From Chlamydiia bacterium (GTDB lineage Bacteria; Chlamydiota; Chlamydiia; Chlamydiales; Rhabdochlamydiaceae): DNA of 64,000 nt. This document shows, piece by piece, positions 30,776 through 40,662 of the stretch. The translations under genes were made by a program, and so were the position numbers. The stretch spans positions 301,056 through 365,055 of the forward strand of contig CAWDOQ010000002.1 of the NCBI GenBank assembly GCA_963804085.1, read 5' to 3'. Below the pieces are notes generated by a model. It was not told where the DNA came from, searched no databases, and worked only from the letters and a program-made list of their open reading frames with translations. Positions within the stretch are counted from its first letter, which is position 1. Each line of letters begins with the position of its first letter.

Positions 30776-31760
30776 TCAAGGACCAAGTACCAGAACTTCC
30801 GCAGGCACCAAACCCGCCACACCAATGTCGTCGACGGCGGAGTTGACGATGTAGTAGTCGACGCGGAGAACGCCCGGGGCGGAGCCCCCAACAACCACAT
30901 ACCAAGCACCATATCTGATCCTCTCCACCATCGCTTGTACGTGTGTAGGTCAACTGCGGCGTTTGAGGAAAGAGGCAAATCTTGTAGCGGGCATAATGAG
31001 CCACTGTGCTGACGGTATAGTAAAGTGCTCTTCCTAGCTGGTTAGGATAATCTTGTTCTGCTTGGGCTTGTGTCTTGCCTCTACTTCCAAGCTTTACTTC
31101 TTTTTCCATCCATACCCAGAGGGCTTTTTCTGTAGCCTCGTTTCCATATTTTTCTGCAATGCCCTCCCAAATACTCCAATTTCATGCCGGCTTTCTCTGC
31201 AAGGGGAGCGAACGTGTTAAAACTGAGCGGCTGGCCATTGACGGTTTTAGGGATGAGGGTGAGGATGTGCGTTTCTTGGAGTTTGTGAGCTGTTTGTAGA
31301 CTTGAGGAGGAAGATGCGGAGCGATCCCCGGGTCTGCTTTCAGGTGCTCTTTCCACTCTTTTTTCCCAAAGGCCATAGCGTGAATCTCTTTGAACCGCTC
31401 TTTAAATTTTCCGCTTGCGGGGGCTGTCATGTTGTAGTTTGCGCCTTGCGCTTGCCAGAGGCGCTCATCTTTCCACGATTTGCAGACGGCTTCGCATTGG
31501 ATGATCTCTATGGGCTCGAGGAATTGTGTCATCTGGCGAAAGGCATCGAAGCTCTGCTTGGCAAGATTGCGGTTGGATGGAGAGCTTGATTCTATTGTGT
31601 TTCTTTCCCCAAAAAAGAGCTGGCTGGCTAAGTCACAGATCCATCTACACACGGCGTTCCAGATCGCTTGGATGCGCTCGAAAAGCTCATCAATGCAGGG
31701 CTTGTCTTGTGCGAGCGGTAAAGTATTAATTGTAGGATTTAAACCTATTGCTGGTGCCAT
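30776..31760 (-). CDS. F-box protein with putative C-type-lectin-like C-terminus; candidate DGR target; three frameshifts (~31290, ~31172, ~30930)
   Basis: Reconstructed across frames: F-box (FRQMTQFLEPIEIIQCEAVCKSWK), AFGKKEW, THILTLIPKTVNGQPL, WVWMEKEVKLGSRGKT, TYTRTSD, VVVGGSAPGVLRVDYYIVNSAVDDIGVAGLVPAEVLVLGP-stop. Confidence 0.72.
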
Positions 31761-31857
31761 AGACCAAAAATTATAGCATTAATATGAAAAATAGAACAAT
31801 GCTTGTTTGTAGCATTAAAATTTTTGTTATAGATAAAATGGACTGGCACAGAAGAAG

Positions 31858-31986
31858 GTGGACTAAGTGGACTTGGTGGACGGTGTGGACTTTAGTGGAC
31901 AGCGCCAAGAAGAAGAGCCGGAAGAGATCCCCGTCCACTTCGTCCACTGAAAGCCCACTCTTCTCTTCCGTCCACTTCGTCCACTA
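31858..31986. repeat. GTGGAC/GTCCAC ~9-nt-period palindromic repeat
   Basis: Five GTGGAC units (31858-31900), then four GTCCAC units (31933-31986). Confidence 0.8.
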
Positions 31987-32002
31987 GGGGTCTTCTATCC
32001 AC

Positions 32003-34023
32003 TCATAAATGAATACGGCGTAAGCGGAGTGCATTCCAGATCACAGAAACGGAACTGAATGCCATTGCAGCACTCGCTACGATCGGGCTTGCTGTAAGCC
32101 CGAAGAAGGGATAGAGAATACCAGCAGCAAGCGGAATGCTGAGGGCATTATACAGAAAGGCAAACCAGAGATTCTGGCGGATGTTCTGCATCGTGGCACG
32201 GCTTAAAATGCGGGCGCGTACAATTCCTCGCAAATCACCTTTTAGCAGTGTTATATCAGCGCTTTCAATCGCCACATCTGTGCCGGTTGACATCGCAATG
32301 CCCACATCCGCCTGCATGATAGCCGGAGCATCGTTAATCCCATCGCCTGCCATAGCGACCTTCTTGTTTTTTTGCTGATATTTTTTTACGATCTGGTTTT
32401 TCTCTTCAGGCAGAATCTCTGCCTCTACGGCATCGATCCCCAGCTCTTTTGCAATGCGCATGGCCACAGATCTGCGGTCTCCCGTCACCATGACGACCTC
32501 TACCCCATCTTCGTGGAGCATTTTGATCGCCTCAAAAGAGGAGCTCTTGATCGTGTCGGCTACCGTGAAAAATCCTGCAAGTTTGCTGCCAATGGCCATA
32601 TATAAAATCGTCTCCCCCTCAAATTCTGCTCGCTCCTGAGGTAGAGAGATTTTCAAATCTTGCATCATCTTGACGTTCCCAAGTGCGATCTCTTTAGAAC
32701 CTACTTTACCTCTCACCCCTTTGCCAGAGAGTGAATGGAATCCCTCCACATGCTCCTCCGGTGCACCCCTTTCGCTTGCAGCTGCCACGATCGCCGCCGA
32801 GAGTGGATGCTCGCTTCCCGCTTCAAGACTCGCTGCCCACCCTAAAAGCTCCGCTTCTTTCCATTCACCTAGCGATACAATCCTCTTCAATCGCACTTTC
32901 CCTTCGGTCAATGTCCCAGTTTTGTCGGTAAGAAGCGTCTGCACCTCTGCCATCTTCTCTAGTGCCTCGGCATTTTTAATTAGCACGCCGGCTTTTGCTC
33001 CTCGACCCACTCCCACCATGATCGACATAGGTGTCGCAAGACCCAGCGCACAGGGACACGCGATGATCAGAACCGAGACTGCATGGACAAGCGCAAGTGT
33101 CGCTTGAGAAAAGAGAAAGAACCAGACTAAAAAAGTGATCAGTGCAACTAGAACAACTGCGGGAACAAAGTAGGAGGAGACAGTATCCGCCAGATTTTGA
33201 ATAGGAGCACGGCTCATCTGTGCAGCTCGCACCAAAAACACGATGCGCGCAAGAAGCGTCTGGTCTCCCACTTTTTCTGCCTGCATGGTGAAGCTTCCAT
33301 TCTGATTTAACGTCGCGCCAACCACCCTATCTCCCTTTTTTTTCTCCACAGGCAGCGCTTCTCCTGTCACCATCGATTCGTCGACAAGACCGGTTCCCTC
33401 GATCACCACTCCATCGACAGGGATCCTCTCTCCCGGGCGCACACGCAGTAGATCTCCTACCTGTACTTCAGCTAAAAGTACTTTTTTCTCTTCTCTATTC
33501 ACATCGATGCGAGAAGCAGTCTCGGGCGAGAGGTTGAGTAGCGCTCTAATTGCTGCGCCCGTTTTTGCACGCGCATTTAGCTCGAGCAGCTGCCCTAAGA
33601 GAACAAGTGTCGTGATAACAGCGCTCGACTCAAAATAAAAACCGATCTCGGGGTAAAAAAGGGCGGCCAAGCTGTAGCAGTAGGCAGCACCTATTCCTAA
33701 GGCGATTAATGTGAACATATTCAGCTTACGGCGCACTAAAGAGAACCAGCCGCGCTCAAAAAAAGGAGCACCACCCCAGAGACAACAGGCGTTGCGATCA
33801 CTGCTTGAAGCCAGCCGCTTTCTTTTGCGAGCAGCATCGTTAAAATAAGCAAGAGGGTGAGAGCAAAAGAGACCCAAAACCTTAGGCGCATCGCTTTGAG
33901 TTCGGGATTTTCCTCTTCTTTTGCCGAAGGATGTTTTGGCTCAAGCGCCATGCCGCAGATCGGGCAAGAGCCGGGCTGCTTCTCCTCTACTTCGGGATGC
34001 ATCGGACAGGTGTAAAGGGTCAT
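32003..34023 (-). CDS. copA: Copper-translocating P1B-type ATPase, one frameshift near 33783
   Basis: [37 protein letters not shown] and YN...MxxSS motifs; frame restored by one extra C (GTC CTC TGG). Confidence 0.92.
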
Positions 34024-34433
34024 GCGATCTTTTTGATAAGCGTGAGAATATTATAAGAATCTTTTCTCTCGTAGTGGATCTCATCCATATACTTTCGCAT
34101 CATCACAATCCCCAACCCTCCCAAAGCGCGCTCTTCTAGCGAGCTTTCGAGCTCTGGAGCTTTTACCAAAAGCGGATTAAAGGCCTTTCCGCGATCTTTA
34201 AGCGTAAAAGCGATCTCTTTAGCTGACACGATCCTACAAGAGAGCTCTATCTCCCCCTCTTTTCCGTTATAGGCGTGCAAGATGATGTTGACAAGAGCCT
34301 CTTCTAAAGCAAGCTCCACACGCTTCTGAATATTTAAAGGAAGGCCACTATTAGAAAGAGCGTTTCGTACCCAAGCCAGCATCTTCGGAAGCGCAGCTTG
34401 TTGTGCTGGGAATCTAATCATGCTGCAAAACAC
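34020..34433 (-). CDS. rsbW: Anti-sigma factor / serine kinase RsbW
   Basis: [20 protein letters not shown] and GGLGI motifs; chlamydial synteny. Confidence 0.88.
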   Translation of the reverse strand: MFCSMIRFPAQQAALPKMLAWVRNALSNSGLPLNIQKRVELALEEALVNIILHAYNGKEGEIELSCRIVSAKEIAFTLKDRGKAFNPLLVKAPELESSLEERALGGLGIVMMRKYMDEIHYERKDSYNILTLIKKIA

Positions 34434-35004
34434 CCTCTACAATTTTTTCCGCAAGGCGGCGGTAGAGAGGTGCAGAGACATCATCTTGGGCTCCTTCGAT
34501 CGCATCGAGCTGGCCCAACGAAAAGCTAATCGTCTTCTGCGGTCCCGTAGGTGTGATGGTCAAAAGATCGCGGATCGAGTTGTAGTCGACATAGTCATAC
34601 TCTGCGTCTGCCTTTACAGCGACCGGCTCCATCAGAATCTCGCTTGTGTGACCATTTAATAGCGTCACATGCGCGACAAGAGTTCTTCTTGTGCCGACAG
34701 GGACAAGGCGGTGGATCCGCTTGCCTTTTGGATCTTTGTGTTCATAGCGATAGTCGATCTTTTCGCTGTTGTTTGCAACGATTGCAACATCGATCACAAG
34801 ATCAGGATCGTGTCTAACGCAATTAAACCTGCCGGATTCACTGAGTGCATGAATAAGAGCTGCAGTAAGAAGACCATCCGAGTCCCCCTTGATGTAAGGG
34901 ACAGAGACATTTCTCACCTCACCCGAAGAAACAACTGCCTCCTCGTTGAAGTGGTAACCACACCCGGTTAAACATAGAAGAGTGAGTAATAGAGATCGTT
35001 TCAC
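34414..35004 (-). CDS. LptE-like LPS-assembly lipoprotein
   Basis: Lipobox LTGC followed by GYHF; C-terminal LAEKIV; GTG start inferred. Confidence 0.75.
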   Translation of the reverse strand: MKRSLLLTLLCLTGCGYHFNEEAVVSSGEVRNVSVPYIKGDSDGLLTAALIHALSESGRFNCVRHDPDLVIDVAIVANNSEKIDYRYEHKDPKGKRIHRLVPVGTRRTLVAHVTLLNGHTSEILMEPVAVKADAEYDYVDYNSIRDLLTITPTGPQKTISFSLGQLDAIEGAQDDVSAPLYRRLAEKIVEGVLQHD

Positions 35005-35025
35005 TAATAACCAAATTGTCTGATC

Positions 35026-35101
35026 TTTGCGTCTTCGCGCCTTTGCGTCTTTGCGTTTCATCTTTTTTCAATGCAAAGACGCAAAGGCGCGAAGACGCAA
35101 A
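35026..35101. repeat. Octamer-unit palindrome (CTTTGCGT)n...(ACGCAAAG)n
   Basis: 32-bp arms at 35026-35057 and 35070-35101 are reverse complements with one mismatch. Confidence 0.88.
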
Positions 35102-35111
35102 AAAAATTGTG

Positions 35112-36134
35112 TTAGTTGACTGTCTGCTCTTCCGGAGAAGACACCTCTGTTTCGAGAGTTTCTTGTTGAGCTACTTTTTTGTGCTTCTGAAGCGCTTCGA
35201 GCCTTTTACGCGCAAGAGTCGCGCATTCCGTATCCGGATAGACTGCTACCACTTTTGTGTAGTAGATGATCGATGCATGCGGCTTTTTTGTGCGCTCAAA
35301 AAATTGAGCCGTCTCATACCAGCTGCGCGCATAGATCTCTTTCATGTTGCGTAATTTTTTATCCGCGCTTTCGACCTGCTCATCTCCAGGAAAATCTTGA
35401 CGAAACTTTCTAAGATTGATCTCTGCTAAATCCAAAAAGTCGGGGTCCGGATATTCAGCTTGGCATTGCGTCAAATAGACATCTGCAACGCCCAAGTAGC
35501 TCTCAGTTGCAAGAGCGTGTTTGGGAAAACGGCGAATCAGCGTCTGATAAGTCTCGACACTTGCTTTGTAATCTTCATCTTTAAAAAGAAGACGCGCCTT
35601 GCCAAAAAGAGCCTGGGCTCCTAAATCGTGATGAGGAAGAGCGGTGATAACCTCGTCGTAGATCGCAAGAGCCTCTTCGCGAGCAGGCGCCCATTTGGGC
35701 AAGCTCTCCCAGCCCATCAGGTGCCGCTTGGCCCCTTTGTGGAACTTTTCTGCGATTGCAAACTTGTACTGGATCGCCTCTTCAAAGTGTTTCGGCGTCG
35801 CCTGCTTCTTCAAGTAGTTAGCAAACTCTCTATTGGCAAGCTCGAAATCCTTCTCGTGGAAATAGCCCACCGCCAAATAAAAGACCGCCTCTTGTGCGAA
35901 AGGAGTTGTCGGAAAGTTTTTAATCACAATCGTCGCTTGCTTGACAAGCTCTCCCCACTTCTTTTTCTGGTAGGCTTCCATCGCAAAGCTGTAGTGCTCT
36001 TGCACAGAGTGTGTAGCCATCTCATTCTTATTGACCAGCTTGCCATCTTTCACAGTGTAGGCAGCGCGCGCCTCCTGGGGAAGAAAAGCGCTAAGACAAA
36101 CTATGGAAAAGAAATAATAGTGAATTAATTTCAT
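35112..36134 (-). CDS. Outer membrane protein assembly factor BamD-like TPR protein
   Basis: Signal peptide, TPR-like helices (FPTTPFAQEA, YPDTECA) and YYTKV; chlamydial synteny. Confidence 0.78.
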   Translation of the reverse strand: MKLIHYYFFSIVCLSAFLPQEARAAYTVKDGKLVNKNEMATHSVQEHYSFAMEAYQKKKWGELVKQATIVIKNFPTTPFAQEAVFYLAVGYFHEKDFELANREFANYLKKQATPKHFEEAIQYKFAIAEKFHKGAKRHLMGWESLPKWAPAREEALAIYDEVITALPHHDLGAQALFGKARLLFKDEDYKASVETYQTLIRRFPKHALATESYLGVADVYLTQCQAEYPDPDFLDLAEINLRKFRQDFPGDEQVESADKKLRNMKEIYARSWYETAQFFERTKKPHASIIYYTKVVAVYPDTECATLARKRLEALQKHKKVAQQETLETEVSSPEEQTVN

Positions 36135-36413
36135 ATATACAAACTAGGAAAACTACCCAATCTTGTCAATGAGAAACGAAATTGAAGAACTCCTGCGTTA
36201 ACGCAGGAGATTCTCCCCATCCAAGGGGCTCTGAAGGGGCGGGATTGCGCTCGAGCAAAATGCTCAATCGGCGTAACAAGGAGCGACGCTCCATGTAGCA
36301 AGGCCTATCTTGCACAAGGGCGGGAGCGCTAGTTTTAAAATTTAAACTTACTACTGGTATCATAGACAAAAACTATACCACGCGCAGGACAAGAATCAAC
36401 TATCTATCTCAAG

Positions 36414-36725
36414 TCAAACCGGCTCGCAAAAGTCAGAGAGGAATGTCCCTGCCAATCTTCCGAGCCCTAATCCTCCGGCCAAGCGTTCAAGTTCTTGATC
36501 AGAAAGTTCAGCAGCCTGCGCAATTGCAGGCGGCAGGACAAACGTGAAGGCCTGTGGTTTATCCTCTACCACTTTGATCTGAAAATTCTCTGGAAGATCA
36601 AGACCCATCTCCTTGAAGGCAGCACGCGGATTCTTTAAAAGCTTCTCCTTGAAACGCGGATCTTTCCATGCGCGGACAATAGTTTTTGCGCGGATCTTCT
36701 CAAAGTTGTTAGACTCTTTAGCCAT
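36414..36725 (-). CDS. NHLP (nitrile hydratase-like leader peptide) RiPP precursor
   Basis: RAWKDPRFKEKLLKNPRAA...VVED...VLPP...ELSDQELERLAGG double-Gly leader; core LGLGRLAGTFLSDFCEPV; GGAG RBS. Confidence 0.9.
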   Translation of the reverse strand: MAKESNNFEKIRAKTIVRAWKDPRFKEKLLKNPRAAFKEMGLDLPENFQIKVVEDKPQAFTFVLPPAIAQAAELSDQELERLAGGLGLGRLAGTFLSDFCEPV

Positions 36726-36844
36726 ATGCACTCCTCGAGTTAAGGCATCTAAACCGCAAGGTACGGTGTACGCGTATTTTTGGCAAATAAGAAGGCCTGG
36801 AGAATTTCTCGTATTGGACAAAAAATTAATGCAGAAGAATTTCT

Positions 36845-36919
36845 ACAGGACGGCAGGATCAGCAGGAAAAAATATCCGATTGTTCTTTCTTTCTCATCCT
36901 GTAAATCCTGTTATCCTGT
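36845..36919. repeat. CAGGA/ATCCTG 8-10-nt-period palindromic repeat
   Basis: ACAGGACGGCAGGATCAGCAGGA ... ATCCTGTAAATCCTGTTATCCTGT. Confidence 0.7.
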
Positions 36920-36940
36920 TTTAACTCTTTGTTTGCCAAA

Positions 36941-39900
36941 TTAATGAGCAACGAGAACAGAGCAGGCTTTTAAGGCTCTTTCGAGGGCTTCGGAGGGCTC
37001 AACGCCCCATTCGGAGGCGATGTCAATGGAGGCGACTTTTTTTTCTTCGCTATAAAACTCTAGATTCACGGGAGCTGCTCCCGCATGCTTACGCAAGAGT
37101 TTTTTGAGCTCTACGATATGGCTAAAGCGCGCCTGGTCGGCATTGATACGTAAAGTGAGTTGAGTTGGAGCCTCTTTTTTCATCTCTTTTCCTTTAGCAG
37201 CTTGAGAGCGTGCCTCGCGCGATTCTTGCATTTTAGTATGGAGCTTAGCGCGATCGTAGGCGTTATCGCAAGCTCTTTGCATTTCTGCATCTGCTTTTGT
37301 CAGATCGCCCAGCCAGCGGCACTGTAGCTTTATGTTCCCCTCATCCATCTCGACCTGAAGGACTGCAAAGATGAGCTGGTTTTCAGAAAGAAGCGCGTTC
37401 TTCTCCTCAAACATGTCAGGCCAAACGGGCAGCTCAAATCTCTCTTCGCCATCGCTAATTAAAAGAACGGCAAACTTTCTCTGGCTTTTGGAGGCGACCT
37501 TCACAGCACACGTCTCGATGATAAAAGCAGCTCTTAGGACACTGCCATCGTCCATCTCCGATATGCGAGAGAGGGGAATGCAAGAGAGCTCTTGCATCTG
37601 TCTTTTAAATTCATTCAAAGGGTGTCCGGTGAGGTAGAAGCCCAAAAGCTCATTTTCTCGTTTCAAAATGCTCTGCTTGGAAACAGGCGTCTTAATTTGA
37701 GGCGGCTGAAGAAAGCGTTTTTCTAGATCATCTTCGATGAGATCGAAGAAGTTCATTACCCCGCGCGCCTCTTCTTGCTGCTGCTTTGCAAGTGCGACAT
37801 GAAGCGGATCGACACACTCTATAAGCGCTTGTCTCGACCATTTAGTAAAATCAAAGCAGCCCGCTTCAATCAAATGCTCGATCGTCTTCTTTCCCACTTT
37901 GCGCATGTCGACGCGTTTGAAAAAGTCGTAGAGCGATTTGAACGGCCCTTTTGCTTGTCTTTCCGAGAGGATCGCATCGACTACCCCCTCTCCCACGCCT
38001 TTGATCGCTGTCATCGCAAAGCGTATGCCTTGCGCTGTCGCCACAAACTCGGTTCCCGACTCGTTGACATCAGGCGGCAGGATTGCAATATTCATCTCTT
38101 GGCATTCGTGGATAATCTTAGAAATTTTAGAGATGTCATCGCGATCAGATGTCATTAAAGCTGCCATCCATTCGCCGGGATAATTTGCTTTTAGATAGGC
38201 TGTGACATAGGTCAAAAAGCCGTAAGCTGCGGCATGCGATTTATTAAATCCGTAGGAGGCAAACTTTTCGATCTTGTCAAAAACCAGCATCGCCGTATGC
38301 TCGTCGATCCCTTTCTTGAGCGCTCCTGTTCGGAACTTCTCCCTCTGGCGCGCCATCTCCTCTCTATCTTTTTTGCCCATCGCTCTTCGGAGCACATCGC
38401 CCTCTCCCAAACTGTAGTTTGCAAGAAGGCTCGCGATCTGCATCACCTGCTCTTGGTAGACCATGATCCCATAGGTCTCTTCCAAGACATCTTTCATAAG
38501 AGGGTGTTCGATCTCGATCGGCTCTTTGCCATGTTTTCTTGCGACAAAAGAGGGGATCATCTCCATCGGACCCGGACGGTAGAGCGCACCTACCGCGATG
38601 ATCTCTTCAAACTTATCGACATGCAGCTGCTTGACAAGTTCCTGCATCCCGCCCGATTCTACCTGGAATATCCCGAGTGTTTTACCCTGGTTGAGAAGAT
38701 TAAATGTCGCTTTGTCATCGAGAGGTAAGTTGACCCAATCGACCTCTTTTCCTCTATGTGCTTTGATAGCTTCTACTGTTCTTTGAATCGAAGTGAGAGT
38801 CTTAAGCCCCAGAAAGTCGATCTTCAGCATCCCGACAGACTCGACCGGCTTCATCGAGAACTGGGTCGCCATGATCTCGGTGTCTTTGGCCGTGCAGACG
38901 GGGATCCTGTCCATGATCGGATCGGCCGAGATGATCAGACCCGCCGCATGGATACCGGTGTTGCGCACCGAGCCCTCTAAAATTTTGGCGATATCGATCA
39001 GCTGGCGCACCTCCTCGTCCACCTCATACTGGCGCTTAAATTCCGGGTCGAGCTCAAGTGCTTTTTCGATCGTCATGGTGGGATCTTCCGGCACAAGCTT
39101 TGCAATTGCGTTGACTTTCGATAGAGGCACGCTGAGCACACGGCCCACATCTTTAATCGCCATCTTTGCCTTCATCGTGCCAAAGGTGATGATCTGCGCT
39201 ACCTTCTCTTTGCCATACTTTTGCACCGTGTAGTCGATCACCTCTGATCTGCGCTCCATGCAGATATCAACGTCGATATCGGGATAGGAGATCCTCTCCG
39301 GGTTGATGAAGCGCTCGAAGAAGAGATTAAAGCGTAAAGGCTCGATGTCTGTGATGCCGATTAGATAGAGAATGATCGAGCCGGCTCCTGATCCCCTGCC
39401 GGGGCCCATCGGTATTCCCTGCCTTTTTGCCCACGCGATAAAGTCGTAGACGATAAGCAGATAATCTCCCATCCCTTTAGACAGAATCAGATCTAGCTCG
39501 CCTTTGAGCCGCGTCTTAACGACTTCCAAAGGATCTTTCGTCGGATACTTCTCCTGCACTTTTTTAAGCTGCTCTGTACCGTAGCGCTTTTTGATCCCCT
39601 CAAAACAGAGATCGCGCAAAAACTTCTCCGCCTCGCGTATCCTCTCCTCGCTAGAAAAGGTGCGTCCCTCCAAAGAGGGCGGAATAAAGACCGGATAGTA
39701 TTTAGATTTAAAATCGAGCTCGAATGTGCACCGGTTTGCGATCTCTTGCGCAAGATCCACCGCCTCCGGAAAATCTGAAAAAAGAGCGCGCATCTCTTCC
39801 GGAGATTTAAAATGGAGTGCGTGTGAAGGGCTCGTACGCCGTTTAGGATTTAAGATCTTTCTTTTCGGATTGCCCTGAGAATCTCTCTCCCATATCTCGC

Positions 39901-40657
39901 ATGGCTCGCCCGACTGGATGTTCATCAAGATCTCGTGCGCCTTCCAATCCCCGCGTTCGATGTAGTGCGAGCCATGCGTCGCCACACAGCCGACTCCCAA
40001 CTTTTTAGAAAGAGACTTGTAAAGTGCGATCAACTTCTCTTGCTGCTTGATATGCTCTTGGTAGCTCTCTTGGACCCAAGTCTCTTGATCCATCTTATCA
40101 GCTATAACATCCTCTGGAAGCATCAGATGGCGCTGCACTTCGAGAAAAAAATCCCCTTTGAACACACTCTGAAACCATTGGATCTCGGAGAGTAGCTCCT
40201 CCTCTTTTCCGGAGGTGGCAAACCTTCCTAAAAAACCTTCGACCGGCCCTGACAGACAGATCAGCCCCTCGCTATATTTTGCGAGAAGATCCTTGTCGAT
40301 ACGCGGTGTGTAGTAAAACCCTTCTAAGTGAGCAAGAGAGGAGAGCTTGCAGAGATTCTTATACCCGGTTGCATCTTTGGCTAAGAGAAGAAGAGAGTAG
40401 CCGGGTGCAAGACCGGGAGTCCGTTTTTTTTCGAAGCGCGATGTTGGTGCGCAGAATAGCTCGCACCCCAAGATGGGCCGAATGCCCGCCGCTTTACACG
40501 CCTTAAAGAATTCGACGGCGCCATACATGTTGCCCTGATCGGTCAGGGCAAGAGCCGGAAGGCCCAAAGAGACAGCTTTTTTTACGAGAGCTTCAATTGA
40601 ACAGGTAGCATCTAAGATCGAGTACTGAGAGTGGACATGCAGGGGAACCCAAGCCAT
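36941..40657 (-). CDS. dnaE: DNA polymerase III alpha subunit
   Basis: PHP LHVHSQYSILD, GPGRGSGAGS, PDIDVD, KIDFLGL and YGFNKSH motifs. Confidence 0.98.
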   Translation of the reverse strand: MAWVPLHVHSQYSILDATCSIEALVKKAVSLGLPALALTDQGNMYGAVEFFKACKAAGIRPILGCELFCAPTSRFEKKRTPGLAPGYSLLLLAKDATGYKNLCKLSSLAHLEGFYYTPRIDKDLLAKYSEGLICLSGPVEGFLGRFATSGKEEELLSEIQWFQSVFKGDFFLEVQRHLMLPEDVIADKMDQETWVQESYQEHIKQQEKLIALYKSLSKKLGVGCVATHGSHYIERGDWKAHEILMNIQSGEPCEIWERDSQGNPKRKILNPKRRTSPSHALHFKSPEEMRALFSDFPEAVDLAQEIANRCTFELDFKSKYYPVFIPPSLEGRTFSSEERIREAEKFLRDLCFEGIKKRYGTEQLKKVQEKYPTKDPLEVVKTRLKGELDLILSKGMGDYLLIVYDFIAWAKRQGIPMGPGRGSGAGSIILYLIGITDIEPLRFNLFFERFINPERISYPDIDVDICMERRSEVIDYTVQKYGKEKVAQIITFGTMKAKMAIKDVGRVLSVPLSKVNAIAKLVPEDPTMTIEKALELDPEFKRQYEVDEEVRQLIDIAKILEGSVRNTGIHAAGLIISADPIMDRIPVCTAKDTEIMATQFSMKPVESVGMLKIDFLGLKTLTSIQRTVEAIKAHRGKEVDWVNLPLDDKATFNLLNQGKTLGIFQVESGGMQELVKQLHVDKFEEIIAVGALYRPGPMEMIPSFVARKHGKEPIEIEHPLMKDVLEETYGIMVYQEQVMQIASLLANYSLGEGDVLRRAMGKKDREEMARQREKFRTGALKKGIDEHTAMLVFDKIEKFASYGFNKSHAAAYGFLTYVTAYLKANYPGEWMAALMTSDRDDISKISKIIHECQEMNIAILPPDVNESGTEFVATAQGIRFAMTAIKGVGEGVVDAILSERQAKGPFKSLYDFFKRVDMRKVGKKTIEHLIEAGCFDFTKWSRQALIECVDPLHVALAKQQQEEARGVMNFFDLIEDDLEKRFLQPPQIKTPVSKQSILKRENELLGFYLTGHPLNEFKRQMQELSCIPLSRISEMDDGSVLRAAFIIETCAVKVASKSQRKFAVLLISDGEERFELPVWPDMFEEKNALLSENQLIFAVLQVEMDEGNIKLQCRWLGDLTKADAEMQRACDNAYDRAKLHTKMQESREARSQAAKGKEMKKEAPTQLTLRINADQARFSHIVELKKLLRKHAGAAPVNLEFYSEEKKVASIDIASEWGVEPSEALERALKACSVLVAH

Positions 40658-40662
40658 GTTTT

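Noticed and set aside
30645-31356. ORFs 30645-31109, 30679-30978, 30749-31012 and 31081-31356 as separate genes
   Set aside because: They are frameshifted pieces or shadows of the single F-box gene.
36166-36369. 67-aa ORF between the NHLP gene and the bamD-like gene as a second RiPP component
   Set aside because: No leader motif or recognisable domain; coding status unsupported.
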